A stretch of 64,000 nt of DNA from Octopus vulgaris (taxonomy: Eukaryota): assembly GCA_951406725.2 (NCBI GenBank), contig OX597827.1, positions 24,614,001 to 24,678,000 on the forward strand, written 5' to 3'. This document shows positions 13,344-25,267 of this stretch, piece by piece (positions within the stretch are counted from its first letter, which is position 1; each line of letters starts with the position of its first letter). The notes under the pieces were generated by a model. It did no database searches. It was not told where the DNA came from and saw only the letters and a list, made by a program, of their open reading frames with translations. The position numbers and the translations under genes are program-made.

Positions 13344-13792
13344 GAAATAAAATATTTACCTTGTTGATCAATGTTGACCAATTATGCTTGTGCTAATTTT
13401 GATTAAGAAGTAATAATGTTATAATTTCAAGCTATCAAATGAAGTTTTCATTCCATGTTACTAGGAGAAAGGATATTTTGTGTGTGTATGTATAGTTATA
13501 TGTGTGGTGTGGTGTGTGTGTGTGTGTGTGCACATACACGTGTGTATATGCATGTGTATATTGTTTTATGTTTTAGAAATATTTCATTACCACATGATGA
13601 GAGAATATTAATTATCCTAAAACAAGTACAATATAATGATAAACCTCAATTGTCTGGGCAGGTGCAGTTTGATTGTTGGGGTTGGCCTGGGTGTCTGGGA
13701 GTTTGAATGGCAGAAAAGTAGGAGGGGTGGTGGAAGACGGCTGTGGAGAGGAGATTGCAGGTGGGGGAGAGGGGACATGCGGTGTATGTTAA

Positions 13793-14008
13793 CCCTTTAG
13801 TATTTGAAGCAGCAACTTCCGGCCAAAATATTCAATGTTCAAACTGAGGCAGAGATCTGTCTCTCACACTTGCCCTCTTGCATCATTTTAAGACTAAAGA
13901 ATTACACCATTCATATCTCAAAGCTAGAAGGTGATGCATGATTAATTGAAAACAACGTGAATAAATAAGCATTACATTTGAGAGAGTAATCTGAATTCTA
14001 TTGGTTGA
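13793..14008. mobile_element. piggyBac-type MITE, degraded
   Basis: Starts TTAA-CCCTTTAG; body homologous in reverse to 57109-57328. Confidence 0.6.
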
Positions 14009-14529
14009 AATAAGTCAGCTGACTTGACCTGACCTCATTTGTTAACTGGTTCATAGAAATGCTGATACAAGATACAAGACACAAGAACACGTGGTTGGTG
14101 TTTGTTTTGAGTATCTGTAGATTGTTGTTTAACACCAGACTAACTTTGTCTGCCCAGTGGCAGACCTATTGGGCCTAGCAGCTGTGACTGTTTCTAAGCA
14201 TTATTGAAACATATTGTATCTCAGACAAATTCGCAGCAGATTCATCTTCTGCTTAACCTCTATAATAACAAGGAATGGCAAGGGTTAAGGGCTGGGGAAA
14301 ACGAAATGCTCAAAGAATGTTAAGATTTACCAGAAACTGTTTGTGTATGAATGGTGAAATCCAACCTTTTACAGGGAGTTGGTATATATTCTTTTACCTG
14401 GGTAGAAAACAGTCCAACCTTCTTGCTTGGAACAGGCCCTCAAAGTAAGGTAGGCTTTATTATAATTAGTAGAAACCTTTGTCATTATTTTAGCTGTGGT
14501 GACCACATCTGTGGTGATGCTGTGTGAGA

Positions 14530-14772
14530 AGAACTGGTGCTGGTACCACATTAAATGCACTGGTGATGGTGCAAATACGTTGGTGTTGATCTGATATAAA
14601 AAAGCATCTAGTACATTCTATAAAGTGGTTGGCATTAGGAAGGGCACCCAGCTGTATAGACAATGACAAATCTGATGATGGAATCTGGTGCAGCTGTTGG
14701 CCCTGCCAGCTCCTGTCAAACTGTCCAGCCCATGTCAGAAAGGAAAGCAGACATTAAACGAGGATGATGATC
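14530..14772 (+). mobile_element. SINE family C
   Basis: gtggttggcattaggaagggc motif and gacattaaacgaggatgatgat tail. Confidence 0.75.
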
Positions 14773-15199
14773 ATATAATGGCCATACCTGACTAGGGACC
14801 TAGGTCTGGCTGGCTCTGATTGTCAGCATCTCTATGGGTCCTTGTCCTGGGTTACCAATTCCTAGCAAAAACCCTTGAAATACCAAGTTGACATCTGGTG
14901 GGGGTTAGTTATGTCTCACAGGAAGGTGATGAGATCTTTAGCTTTGGTAGACAATCATGTTAAAGATAGATTTCAACAAAAACTCTGGTTGATAGAGAAA
15001 CTCAGACCACTTTGCAATGGTGGTTAAGTAGTGGTTGTCAGTACCTGGCACCAGGCAAGAATTCTAGGGAAGATGTGCTATTTAAAAAAAATTTTTTATC
15101 ATGACTTTATTTATATTTTTGTTTTGAATGTTTGCACCCGTTAGAATTTTGCCCCCAGAGAAACCACTTCTGTTACCCCCATCCACATTAAGTCACTTC

Positions 15200-15640
15200 A
15201 CCTTTTAATGTCATTTTCCATGCTGGCATGAGTTGGATGGTTTGACAGGAACTGGGAAGCCAGAGGACTGTGCCAAGCTCCATGGTCTTTTTTGGCATGG
15301 TTCTTATGATTGGCTGCCCTTCCTAATGCCAACCACTTTATGGAGTGTATTGGGTGCTTTTATGTAGGACCAGCATCAGTGCTTTTTACATGGCATCAGC
15401 ACCAGCGTTTATTAAATGTGGCCCCAGCACCAGTGCTTTTCATGTGAGACCAGCATCAGTGCTTCTTAAATGGCACCAACACCAACGTTTTTTATGTGGG
15501 ACCAGCGCCAGTGTTTTTCATGTTGAACAAGCATGGATGCTTTATATGTGATGTCAGCATGGGTATTTTATACGTGACACCAACACCAGTACTTTTTACA
15601 TGGAACCAGCTTGGGCGCTTATGTTACATCAGCTCGGGTG
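15200..15640 (-). mobile_element. SINE family C with expanded ~24-bp internal tandem units
   Basis: Family tail followed by degenerate gtgctttt(t)atgtggcaccagca units. Confidence 0.7.
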
Positions 15641-16277
15641 TCATTTACATGACTAATAAATTGCTTAAAAATTCAAAATTCCTCAGAGAACCATAGTTAA
15701 CAGTAGAATTACGACATTTGATTCAGCTCCCATCACATCACATCCAACTTCAGAGCTTGTTAACCTTGGTGATGCAGTGCACAGTCATGAGATAAAGATG
15801 GGGGAGATTGTCAAGTGAATGACTGATGACAGTTTCACTACTGAAAGAAGCAGGAGCAGTGTAATATTGACGAGTGCGTTTCATCAGCTTAGATTACACT
15901 ACTGGAATGAATTAGATGCTAATGGAGCTTGAAGTTTCTTACAAAAGTTGCATTTATTAAGGAGTGCAGAGTAAGGTGGGGGTAATGAAAACTAATTTGA
16001 AATGCTTCTGAAGTAACAACAACACCCAAAGCAAGATCAACAACAACAGCAGTTACAACAAAAGCGGGAGACTTTTTTTTTTGTCCTGTTTGAGTAGATT
16101 TTAAATGTTCGTAAATTGTATATGGTGTAAATGAATGGTTCTAATTAACATTCAATTATCATTTTAAACTTCCATCTCAGAGAATCTGTTTTTTCTTTCT
16201 CATGTTCATCTTTCCTTTCTTCCCTTTCTCTCTCTCTCTCCCTCTCTCTGTATAGTGCATGTGTTTATGTATATATA

Positions 16278-16584
16278 TCACGTGATCACGTGACCGACCA
16301 GGCTATCAGATGTTGCTACACATCGCTGGTCACAATGCGCTTCGCATTGTTTTAGCCTTCGAATGACGCCACTCTGCTGGCTAAGCGAGCAGGCCAACAG
16401 AAGAAAGAGTGAGAGAAAGTTGTGGCGAAAGAGTAGAGCAGAGATCACCACCACTCCCTGCCGGAGCCTCATGAAGCTTTAGGTGTTTTCGCTCAATAAA
16501 CTCTCACAATACCTAGTCTGGAAAGCGAAACCGCGATCCTACGACCGCGAGTTTGCTGCCCTAACCACTGGGCCATTGCACCTC

Positions 16585-16586
<2 letters not shown>
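16278..16586 (-). mobile_element. SINE family D (tRNA-derived head)
   Basis: Minus strand GGAGGTGCAATGGCCCAGTGGTTAGGG...GGTTTCGCTTTCC (A/B boxes); homologous to 29150-29314 and 57888-57978. Confidence 0.85.
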
Positions 16587-16622
<36 letters not shown>

Positions 16623-16649
16623 AAAATATCTGTAAGTACATATATATAG

Positions 16650-17225
16650 CATCATCATCGTCATTGTTTAACGTCCGTTTTCCATGTTGGCATGGGTTAG
16701 ACAGTTGGACTGGAGACTGGCAAGCCAGTAGGCTATGCCAGGCTCCAATCTGATCTGGTAATGTTTCTACAGCTGGATGCCCTTCCTAATGCCAACCACT
16801 CCAAGAGTGTAGCGAAAAATTTTTAACTAGATCTCTTGTAATTTCTAGAAGAGATTTGAAGCCACCACCTATGGGTTACATGACTACTTCTCAACACCCA
16901 TGCCTACTGGGTCACACACACACACATATTAAGATTCCTGGCTAAGTAAAAGCATGGCTGCCCTTGCATACAGGCATGTGCCCTGCAATGCTCGCCAGCT
17001 TAGCATCCCTAATCTTGCAGACTCGTAGGAGTTGGCGCCACGTAAGAAGCGCTTTTGCTGGTGCTGCATAAAAGCAGTCAGTACACTCTGTAAAGTGGTT
17101 GGTGTTAGTTAGGAAGGACATCTAGCAATGGAAACCATGCCTGAACAGCCCTTCAGCTGGTCAGCTGCTGTCAAATAATCCAACCCATACCAGCATGGAA
17201 AACCGACGTTAAATGATGATGTTGA
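16650..17225. mobile_element. Two SINE family C copies in inverted orientation
   Basis: Minus copy 16650-16815 and plus copy ~17000-17225. Confidence 0.75.
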
Positions 17226-17227
17226 CG

Positions 17228-17264
<37 letters not shown>

Positions 17265-17266
17265 AT

Positions 17267-17359
17267 ATTCTAGGCCTGAAGAGAAGCCTGCAGTATACAC
17301 CTTGCCTGGATATTTACCACTTCTGAGGTTCTGCTCGCTATGAAACATGTGGCTGGGAT
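17267..17359 (+). ncRNA. Degenerate type I hammerhead-like motif
   Basis: attctaggc-CTGAAGA-long stem II-GAAACATGTG-gctgggat; the triplet GUG is non-cleavable. Confidence 0.45.
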
Positions 17360-18320
17360 CTTATCTATTCTGTTCCTTAACTCTTGTATTCTTATTCGCA
17401 CACCCGGCAAACCCAGTCACCAACCATGAAATATAAAAATAACTTTTTCCAGTTTATTGTACTTTGATACGTAAAAATTCCACAACCTTCCATCTCAATG
17501 AACCACTATTGTCCCTGGAAATTGTTTTTTTTATATTTACTATGGATTGCTTGAAGCTAACTTTCTTCCTACACATCGATCCCTAGATCTTACATTTTTA
17601 TATATATGTATACATATATACACACATATATATATAACGGGAAGGTTTACGAAAATAAACAAAAGACGAAAGCAGGTATATATATATAAATAAAATAATA
17701 ATAATAATAATAATAATAATAGTAGTAGGGAATATAATTCTAAACTTACAGGAAAAATTCAATTGAGCAATTCTAAATCAAATTTCACAATACATATATA
17801 TATATATCAAATACAAAATGGGACAAGAACGCAAAACATCCGGACAACTAGGTGATACAAAAAGGGACAACAAAACATCCAGATAGACGATACAAAAAAA
17901 CAAGGACGGGTCATTCGAAGCTTTCTATCTTCAGTCAAGAACCGGATCATCCTCGGAATTTCGGCTGATTAATCTTGAGATTGCTCCAATCTGGTCAGCC
18001 CCAAGGAAAAACTAAGCTAAAAGCATTAGATTCCTTGGAAGAAAGAATGTATACGAAAACAAGGATGGAAAAACAGACAATGTTACACGAATATAAATAT
18101 AAAATACAATAAAAATAATAATAATAACAGGACATAACAACAGGTGTCTTTCGACTGGGAACAAATTGAATTCAGCTGGCATGTGTGGAAATGAAGCCTT
18201 ACGGCAGAGATACAAGGCTTTCACAAACACAGGGAAGAATATCGATGTGGCAGTGACCACAGTCAGACGCAAAAAGAGGGCTAGCAGTCTGGCCATATAA
18301 TTTAGAGAAAAACCTCTATT

Positions 18321-18544
18321 AAGCAAATCAATAGTGAAAGACGTTATTCACACCATATAGAAAAAATAAATATATTATAAAAACCTTATTCTAAAAATCA
18401 ATAAAGTATATAAACAATAAATAGTAAATACTAATATTTACTATTTATTGTTTATTTACTTTATTGATTTTTAGAATAATGTTTTTATAATATATTTATT
18501 TTTTCTATATGGTGTGAATAACGTCTTTCACTATTGATTTGCTT
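18321..18544. repeat. Near-perfect hairpin, 110-bp arms, 4-nt loop
   Basis: 18321-18430 is the reverse complement of 18435-18544 with only a few mismatches. Confidence 0.95.
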
Positions 18545-18547
18545 TGT

Positions 18548-18583
<36 letters not shown>

Positions 18584-18615
18584 TTTATTTTAAGCAGCAG
18601 AAAATTCAACAAAAT

Positions 18616-18653
18616 CTGTTACTCTGAGTTTCTCGTTGCCGTTCATCAGACAG
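18616..18653 (-). ncRNA. Minimal type I hammerhead ribozyme motif
   Basis: Minus strand: ctgt CTGATGA acg-gcaa-cga GAAA ctc-a-gag TA acag. Complete core, GUA cleavage triplet, stems I and III paired, one mismatch at the base of stem II. Confidence 0.75.
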
Positions 18654-18662
18654 TTTTTGCTA

Positions 18663-18711
<49 letters not shown>

Positions 18712-18713
<2 letters not shown>

Positions 18714-19064
18714 TGTAGGAGTGGCTATGTGGTAAGTAGCTTGCTTATCAACCACATGGTTCCGGGTTCAGTCCCACTGCAAGGCACATCAGGCAAGTGT
18801 CTTCTACCATAAGCCTTGTGAGTAGATTTGGTAGATGGAAACTGAAAGACGCCCGTCGTATATATATGTGTGTTCCCCCCCCCCCCCGACATCACTTGAC
18901 TACCAATGCTGGTGTGTTTACGTCCTCATAACTTTGTGGTTTGGCAATAAGAGACTGATAGAATAAGTACTAAGCTTACAAAGAATAAGTCCTGGGGTCG
19001 ATTTGCTCAACTAAAGGTGGTGCTCCAGCATGGCCGCAGTCAAATGACTGAAATGAATAAAAGA
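18712..19064 (+). mobile_element. SINE family A
   Basis: Full head, body and tail. Confidence 0.9.
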
Positions 19065-19109
<45 letters not shown>

Positions 19110-19614
19110 AACCTCTGTTGATTCTCTAGAAGCAATAAATTATAGGACTCAATACAAATGTAGAGTGTTCTTTAATACATTACAACTGTGAGGCTCTGAT
19201 TTCTGATCCTCAACTGATAAACAGAGCCTGGTTTTCTGTTCAAGTATTTACTGCCTGAATATCTTTTGAAACATGAAATGAAAATCTTAAGGAAACGCTC
19301 ATGTTCTTTTGTTTACAAATCATTGTAAACAACGTCTGCTTCAAGCTGATGCCTTTAATTTCATTTCTGGTTGTCGTGGTAATATTATGATAAAAATCAT
19401 AAACGCCATACAATTGGTTCATTGTATTCTGTAACTAATAAATTGTCCTTGGAATTCCAGTTTGTATGAATAATTTCCTGTAAAGGGAACTGCTCACTTA
19501 TATATACACTCTCTCAATTTGTATTTGCAGGAGTGCTGAGGATGCAGCTTGGATTTCTAAATCAACTTTTTGTCTGCTGTATATACATACATAAATACAT
19601 ACATATTTTTTGAA

Positions 19615-19800
19615 ATTTGTTTCAGTCATTTGACTGTGGCCATGCTGAAGCACCGCCTTTAGTCAAACAAATCAACTTCAGGACTTATTCTTTGTAAGTT
19701 TATGCTCTCTGTCTCTTTTGCCAAACTGCTAAGTTATGGGGATGTAAACACACCAACACCAGTTAAGTGATGATGGGGGGACAAACACAGACACACAAAC

Positions 19801-19838
<38 letters not shown>

Positions 19839-20198
19839 TAGAAAAAAACACCTTTTATCAATTCAATAACGAAAACTTAAATTATACCATTTAGAAAAAA
19901 ATTACATATTGTAGAAAGATTAAATATAAGATAAAACATATAACAATGATTAAGTAATGCGCAAAATAATAAATTATTATTTTGCACATTACTTAATCAT
20001 CATTATATGTTTTATCTTATATTTAATCTTTCTATTATATGTAATTTTTTTCTAAATGGTATAATTTAATTTTTCATTATTGAATTGATAAAAGATGTTT
20101 TTTTCTCATTTATATATATATATACTATATTTTGTGAAATTTGATTTAGTATTTCTAAATTGAATTTTTCCCTGTAAGTTTGGAATAATATTCCCTCA

Positions 20199-20231
<33 letters not shown>

Positions 20232-20238
20232 CATTATT

Positions 20239-20281
<43 letters not shown>

Positions 20282-20411
20282 CAAGCTTCTTTCAGTTTCC
20301 ATCTACCAAATCCACTCACAAGGCTTTGGTCAGCCTGAAGCTATAGTAGGATACACGTACTGAACCGGGAACCAGGTGGTTGGTAAGCAAGCTACTTACC
20401 ACACAGCCACT
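19615..20411 (-). mobile_element. SINE family A with nested hairpin element
   Basis: Tail 19615-19800, head 20278-20411, hairpin element inside the internal (TA)n. Confidence 0.82.
19831..20115. repeat. Hairpin with ~140-bp arms
   Basis: Centre gcaaaataata-aat-tattattttgc; arms match out to the flanking (TA)n. Confidence 0.92.
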
Positions 20412-20413
20412 AT

Positions 20414-20458
<45 letters not shown>

Positions 20459-20619
20459 CTTGTATATGGTGTGTTATGAGAATTTATGGAGAGGTATCCC
20501 ATAGAACTCAACAAATTTGTTAAAAATGGAGAAGAGAAGATGTTAAAATTTGCAAGAATTTTAATACATACATACAATCTTTTCAAACAGCGAAATTAAC
20601 ATGCAAATTCATGGTATAT

Positions 20620-20897
20620 TTGATTAAATTATAATAATTACAAATCACTGTTCTCCTCAGTGCAAGAAGTATAAGCAAAAAATTATTATTACAGAGGACT
20701 TGATGAAGGGAATAGCAGAGAACAAATTTGGACATAAATATTTATCCTTATGAAAATTGAGAGCATCATAAAGATAAATATGTATGTCTGAATTTGTTCT
20801 CTTCTATTTCCTTCATCATGTCCTCTGTAATAATAATTTTTTGCTTATACTTCTTGCACTGAGAAGAGTGATATGTAATTAATTTAATTTAATCAAA
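20620..20897. repeat. Hairpin with ~130-bp arms
   Basis: ctcagtgcaagaagtataagcaaaaaattattattacagaggac mirrored by gtcctctgtaataataattttttgcttatacttcttgcactgag. Confidence 0.92.
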
Positions 20898-20914
20898 TTA
20901 ATTTATTTATTCTA

Positions 20915-21322
20915 CCATGATCCGCTGTTCTTGAGGAGACCTACTGAGTCAAGTACATCAACATCAAAATAAAAATTCAAAAGGAAATTGTAGTTAAGAC
21001 ACCCGTGCCAGTGACACGTAAAAAGCACTGTTCGAACATGGCAGATGCCAGCACCGCCTGACTGGCGTCCGTGTCGGTGACATGTAAAAGCACCAACCTA
21101 TTGTGGCTGTTTGCCAGCCTGCTCTGGCCCCTGTGCCGGTGGCATGTAAAAAACACCTACTACACTCACGGAGTGGTTGGTGCTAGGAAGGGCATCCAGC
21201 TGTAGAAACACTGCCAAATCAGACTAGAACCTGGTGCAGCCTCCATGGCTTACCAGACCCCAGTAGAACTGTCCAACCCATGCTAGCATGGAAAACGGAT
21301 GTTAAATGATGATGATGATGAT
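20915..21322 (+). mobile_element. SINE family C
   Basis: Family motif and (GAT)n tail. Confidence 0.85.
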
Positions 21323-21538
21323 GAATTTACATCTTAATCTATGGGATACCTTTCTATAAATTCTCATAACACACCATATACAAGTAACATTTTTACATTC
21401 GCAAACTTATGCCAGTAAGCTACCAACAAAATATGAAGAATCTTTATTAGAAATCCCGTTTTTGGAACCCCCCAAAGTAAAGGATGAAATATAATTCAAC
21501 CTTTTTACACATATATATATATATATATCTACTACATT

Positions 21539-21915
21539 TGTGGCTGTGTGGTTACAAAGCTTGCTTCTTGCTGCAAAGCACCTTGGGCAAGTGTTTTCTA
21601 TTGTAACACCAGGCCTTGGGTGTGGATTTGGTAGATGGAAACTGAAAGAAGCCTATCACATACATATGTGTGTGTGTGCGTGTATGTATCTGAGTTTGTG
21701 TTTGGGTTGTTTGTTTCCCTACCCCTCCCACCATCACTTGACAACTAGTGTTGGTTTCTTCACATCCTTATAACTTAGCAGTTTGACCAACGAAACTGAC
21801 AGAATAAGTGCCAAACTTAACAGGAAAAAAAAAGATGTACTGGGAGTTGATTTATTTGATTAAACTCTTTAAGGTGTTGCTGCAGCATAGCCACAGTCTA
21901 ATAATGGAAACGAAT
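21539..21915 (+). mobile_element. SINE family A, diverged
   Basis: Head, body and tail motifs recognisable. Confidence 0.75.
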
Positions 21916-22315
21916 GAGGAAATGAAAACACCGTTTGCGTATTGACGAAAATCCCCATTCTGAGTTTCCTTCTGGGTTTTTCCAGAGGTCAACGACTCAC
22001 TGTAACAAGCTCAGTTTCTATTGGACAGTTCGAGAGGACTCTTAACCCCCCCACCCCCACAGAGCTGTCACTCATCAACATCAAGTTTCCATGCACTTGA
22101 ATGTAAACAACTTCTATTCTCTCTATAATTGCTGGCTTCCTTCCAAATGTCAGTGATCTAGTCTTCCCACAGCATACAAGCTGTTAACTTTTGTATCGAC
22201 ATTACTAGTATAACTTCACCCATGTTTGCCCCAATTATGCTAACATTATTATTGGTGTTGTTATTAATATATTAACAGCAACAACAACAGCAATAATAAT
22301 GATGATAATAATGAA

Positions 22316-22353
<38 letters not shown>

Positions 22354-22361
22354 CAACAACG

Positions 22362-22650
22362 ACAAGGTATGTGATAAGGAAGAGAGAAAAGTTGGTAGAT
22401 ATGACAGGTTAGCTTGGGAGGTTCAGTAGCTGTGGTTGCTGAATAAGGCAGTGGTAGTAGTACCAATAATTGTCAGAGCCCTGGGTACAGTGAGTAAAAA
22501 TCTTGAGAAGTACATGGAAAAAATAGGGGCTGCAATAAGGGTGAAGCAGTTGCAGAAAGCAGCGCTGCTTGGAACTGCTTGACTACTCCAGATGGTGCTT
22601 GAAAAATAAGGGGTGTTACCTTAGATTACTGGTAGGGAACAGCACCATTA
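22362..22650 (+). mobile_element. R4/Dong-clade non-LTR retrotransposon 3' fragment (RLE C-terminus)
   Basis: Translates KVCDKEERKVGRYDRLAWEVQ*LWLLNKAVVVVPIIVRALGTVSKNLEKYMEKIG...QLQKAALLGTA*LLQMVLEK*; starts right after (AAT)n(AAC)n. Confidence 0.8.
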
Positions 22651-22659
22651 GAAGTAATG

Positions 22660-22970
22660 CAAAGACAATAAAATATTGGAAGCGTTATGATCTTAACTGA
22701 TTTGAAGTGTGATCATGTACGTTGTTTTGTCTTGGTATAAAATATGGGCTACAGTAAATATTCTGCTCAATGCCACAGATTTGCTTGTCAGTTGTTTGAC
22801 CTTAACCAGTTGAGCATGTCTCTTAGTGGCTGACAATATGTGCATCTCTGATCACGAGCAGAAGTAGTGGGAGAGCATCATAGCCGTGTGTTGAGAGGGA
22901 TTCTTTGGGGTTTGGATAAATCACCTCTGGAAACATGGGTGTTTCATTCATCCTCCTTAAACAACCCTTA
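22660..22970 (+). mobile_element. Interspersed repeat family F (3'-UTR-like) fragment
   Basis: 22746-22970 is nearly identical to 44896-45121. Confidence 0.8.
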
Positions 22971-23176
22971 GGAGATGCAGTTTATAGGGTTAATATGGCA
23001 CAAATACATCGTCAGACTATCAAATTATCATTGTATTCTGTCACAACCCACCCTCGGAAATGGTCAACCTATGTGTGCACAAGCGATGGTAGGAGTTTAA
23101 TGTATTAAACATCAGAGCTGAAACCTATGTGTTTTCATTGTCATACATCAAACACATCCAATCATACCACTATATA

Positions 23177-23212
<36 letters not shown>

Positions 23213-23216
<4 letters not shown>

Positions 23217-23410
23217 TTTCAAACTTTGATACAAGGCCAGGAATTTTGGGGATGGTGCTAGTCAATTATATTGACCCCCAATGTACAACTGATACTTAAT
23301 TTACCAATTCTCGAAAGGATAAAAGGCAAAGTCGACCTCAGCAGAATTTGAACCCAGAATGTGCCTATAAACATTCTGCCTGGTGTGCTAACGATTCTGC
23401 CAGCTCACCT
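23213..23410 (-). mobile_element. SINE family B
   Basis: Family core and head. Confidence 0.8.
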
Positions 23411-23436
23411 TATATATATATTTATATATTTATATA

Positions 23437-23960
23437 TGGAACTAGAAGTAGTCCAACGCCACTTCACAAAGAAGACAGACTCAGTAAAACACATGGGCTA
23501 CTGGGAGAGATTGAAGGAACTAGGACCTACTCCCTGGAGAGGATACATGAGGGATATACAGTGCTATACATGTGGCAAATAATGGAGGATCTGGCTCCAA
23601 ATTTGGGAATTGCAATCTACAACAATCCCTGAACTGGACGGCACTGCAAGTACCAAAGGTCCCATCTTCTCCATCGAGGATACGAACCCAATATTGTAAT
23701 AGCTTGGGATTCCACTTTTTAATGCCCTATCACAGAACATCAGGGATCTGCAAGGTGTAGACATGGGAGACTTCAAAAAACGTCTGGAGAGCTTTTTATC
23801 TGCAATTCCAGATGAACCCACATTGCAGCAGGAGGCACAAAGAAGAGCGGCAATGTCCAACTTGGTACTTCACCAGAAGCAATACTGGAAAGATCCCCAG
23901 ACACAGTAAAGACAGTGCACCACCATGGCATCAGCCTCTGGCTGAAACCCATAAAAGATA
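23437..23960 (+). mobile_element. CR1-group LINE ORF2 C-terminal fragment
   Basis: ELEVVQRHFTKK...YWERLKELG / YSLER...YMWQIMEDLAPNLGI ... FKKRLESFLSAIPDEP, frameshifted. Confidence 0.8.
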
Positions 23961-24154
23961 AATGATAAAGATATATATATATATATATATAATATTTATA
24001 TATATATATATATATCTGTAAAAATATATATATATATGTATATATATAAACACATATATATTTATATATAATACATAAATTAGAGAAGAACCACTATTTC
24101 TCTGTCAGTTTGGAATCATATTCCCTAATATTATTATTATTATATACATGTATA

Positions 24155-24237
<83 letters not shown>

Positions 24238-24240
24238 GTG

Positions 24241-24352
<112 letters not shown>

Positions 24353-24699
24353 ATATATGAAGTCACAGTTAATGATGTCATGTAATAGGTATGTATGATA
24401 AGTGCTTAGGCTGGTTTACCACCAAAACTCTGATTATGTTTGAATTATAAATTACATGCAGTAAAGTGATACCACATGTTTGGCTTGTTCTATATTTTTT
24501 TTCTAATATATACATAACTACTCAATGGTGAATCACTTATAGTCATTGTGTGTGTGTGTGTGTGTATGTGTGTGTGTGTGTGTAAGTATACATATATGTG
24601 TGTGTGTGTATATATATATATATATACATACATATATGTATATATATACATATATGTGTGTGTGTGTTGGTTTCCTTGAAGATAGAAAACATTTCTTTT

Positions 24700-25013
24700 T
24701 CTTAGTGGCTTAGTGGTTAGGGCATTCTGTTTATGATTGTAAGGTCATAAGTTCAATTCCCTGTGATGCGTTGTATCCTCGAGCAAGACACTTTATTTCA
24801 CATAACTCCACTCCACTCAGCTGACAAAAATGAGTAGTACCTGTATTTCAAAGGGTTATTCTTGTCACATTAAGTCACGCTGAATCTCCCTAAGGTAAGG
24901 GTACGCATGTCTGTGGAGCGCTCAGCCACTTGTACGTTAGCTCCAAGAGCAGGCTGTTCCATTGATTGGATCAACTGGAACCCTCAACGTTGTAACCGAC
25001 AAAGTGCCAGTTT
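24700..25013 (+). mobile_element. SINE family E (tRNA head, gagcaagacactttatttcac core)
   Basis: TGGCTTAGTGG A box, AGTTCAATTCC B box; homologous to 33140-33467 and 35450-35728. Confidence 0.8.
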
Positions 25014-25267
25014 AATGTTTTTTAAAAATTCTTTACAAAACATTTTTATTGTTGTTTATAAATGTTTCCCAGTTGCACATGGCCCCTAACTTATGCAACC
25101 AGTAGAAAAGCATTATAAAATTCATATTCTTGATAAATATAATCTATGTCAGATTGTTTTGGGGTACCATGTCCAAAATACAGCTATTATTTCTTTTGTT
25201 TTCTGACTAGAAGTGATAGTTTTTATATCGGCCAATTGAGAACATAATAACAATAAGTTTGTGTTCT

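Larger units (their letters stand above)
20457..21510. mobile_element. Palindromic element (homolog of 4926-5257) with nested hairpin and SINE
   Basis: Outer arms tacttgtatatggtgtgttatgagaatttat / ataaattctcataacacaccatatacaagta. Confidence 0.6.

Noticed and set aside
13340-13456. Minus-strand splice donor caag|gtaaat suggesting a small exon
   Set aside because: The segment is an interspersed repeat (reverse-complement match at ~58958-59068) and lacks a good acceptor.
14780-14900. Possible HDV-like ribozyme at a LINE 5' end
   Set aside because: A hairpin is present but the nested double pseudoknot could not be built by eye.
15823-15846. CTGATGA-cagt..act-GAAA hammerhead-like core
   Set aside because: No NUH triplet with matching stems I and III upstream or downstream; probably chance.
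16520-16586. tRNA gene
   Set aside because: A/B boxes run into a SINE body shared with other copies; it is a SINE head, as are the other tRNA-like segments.
17910-17995. Minus-strand ATC|tcaaga...tcttga-CTGAAGA arrangement
   Set aside because: Stem I pairs but no GAAA/stem III can be placed in register.
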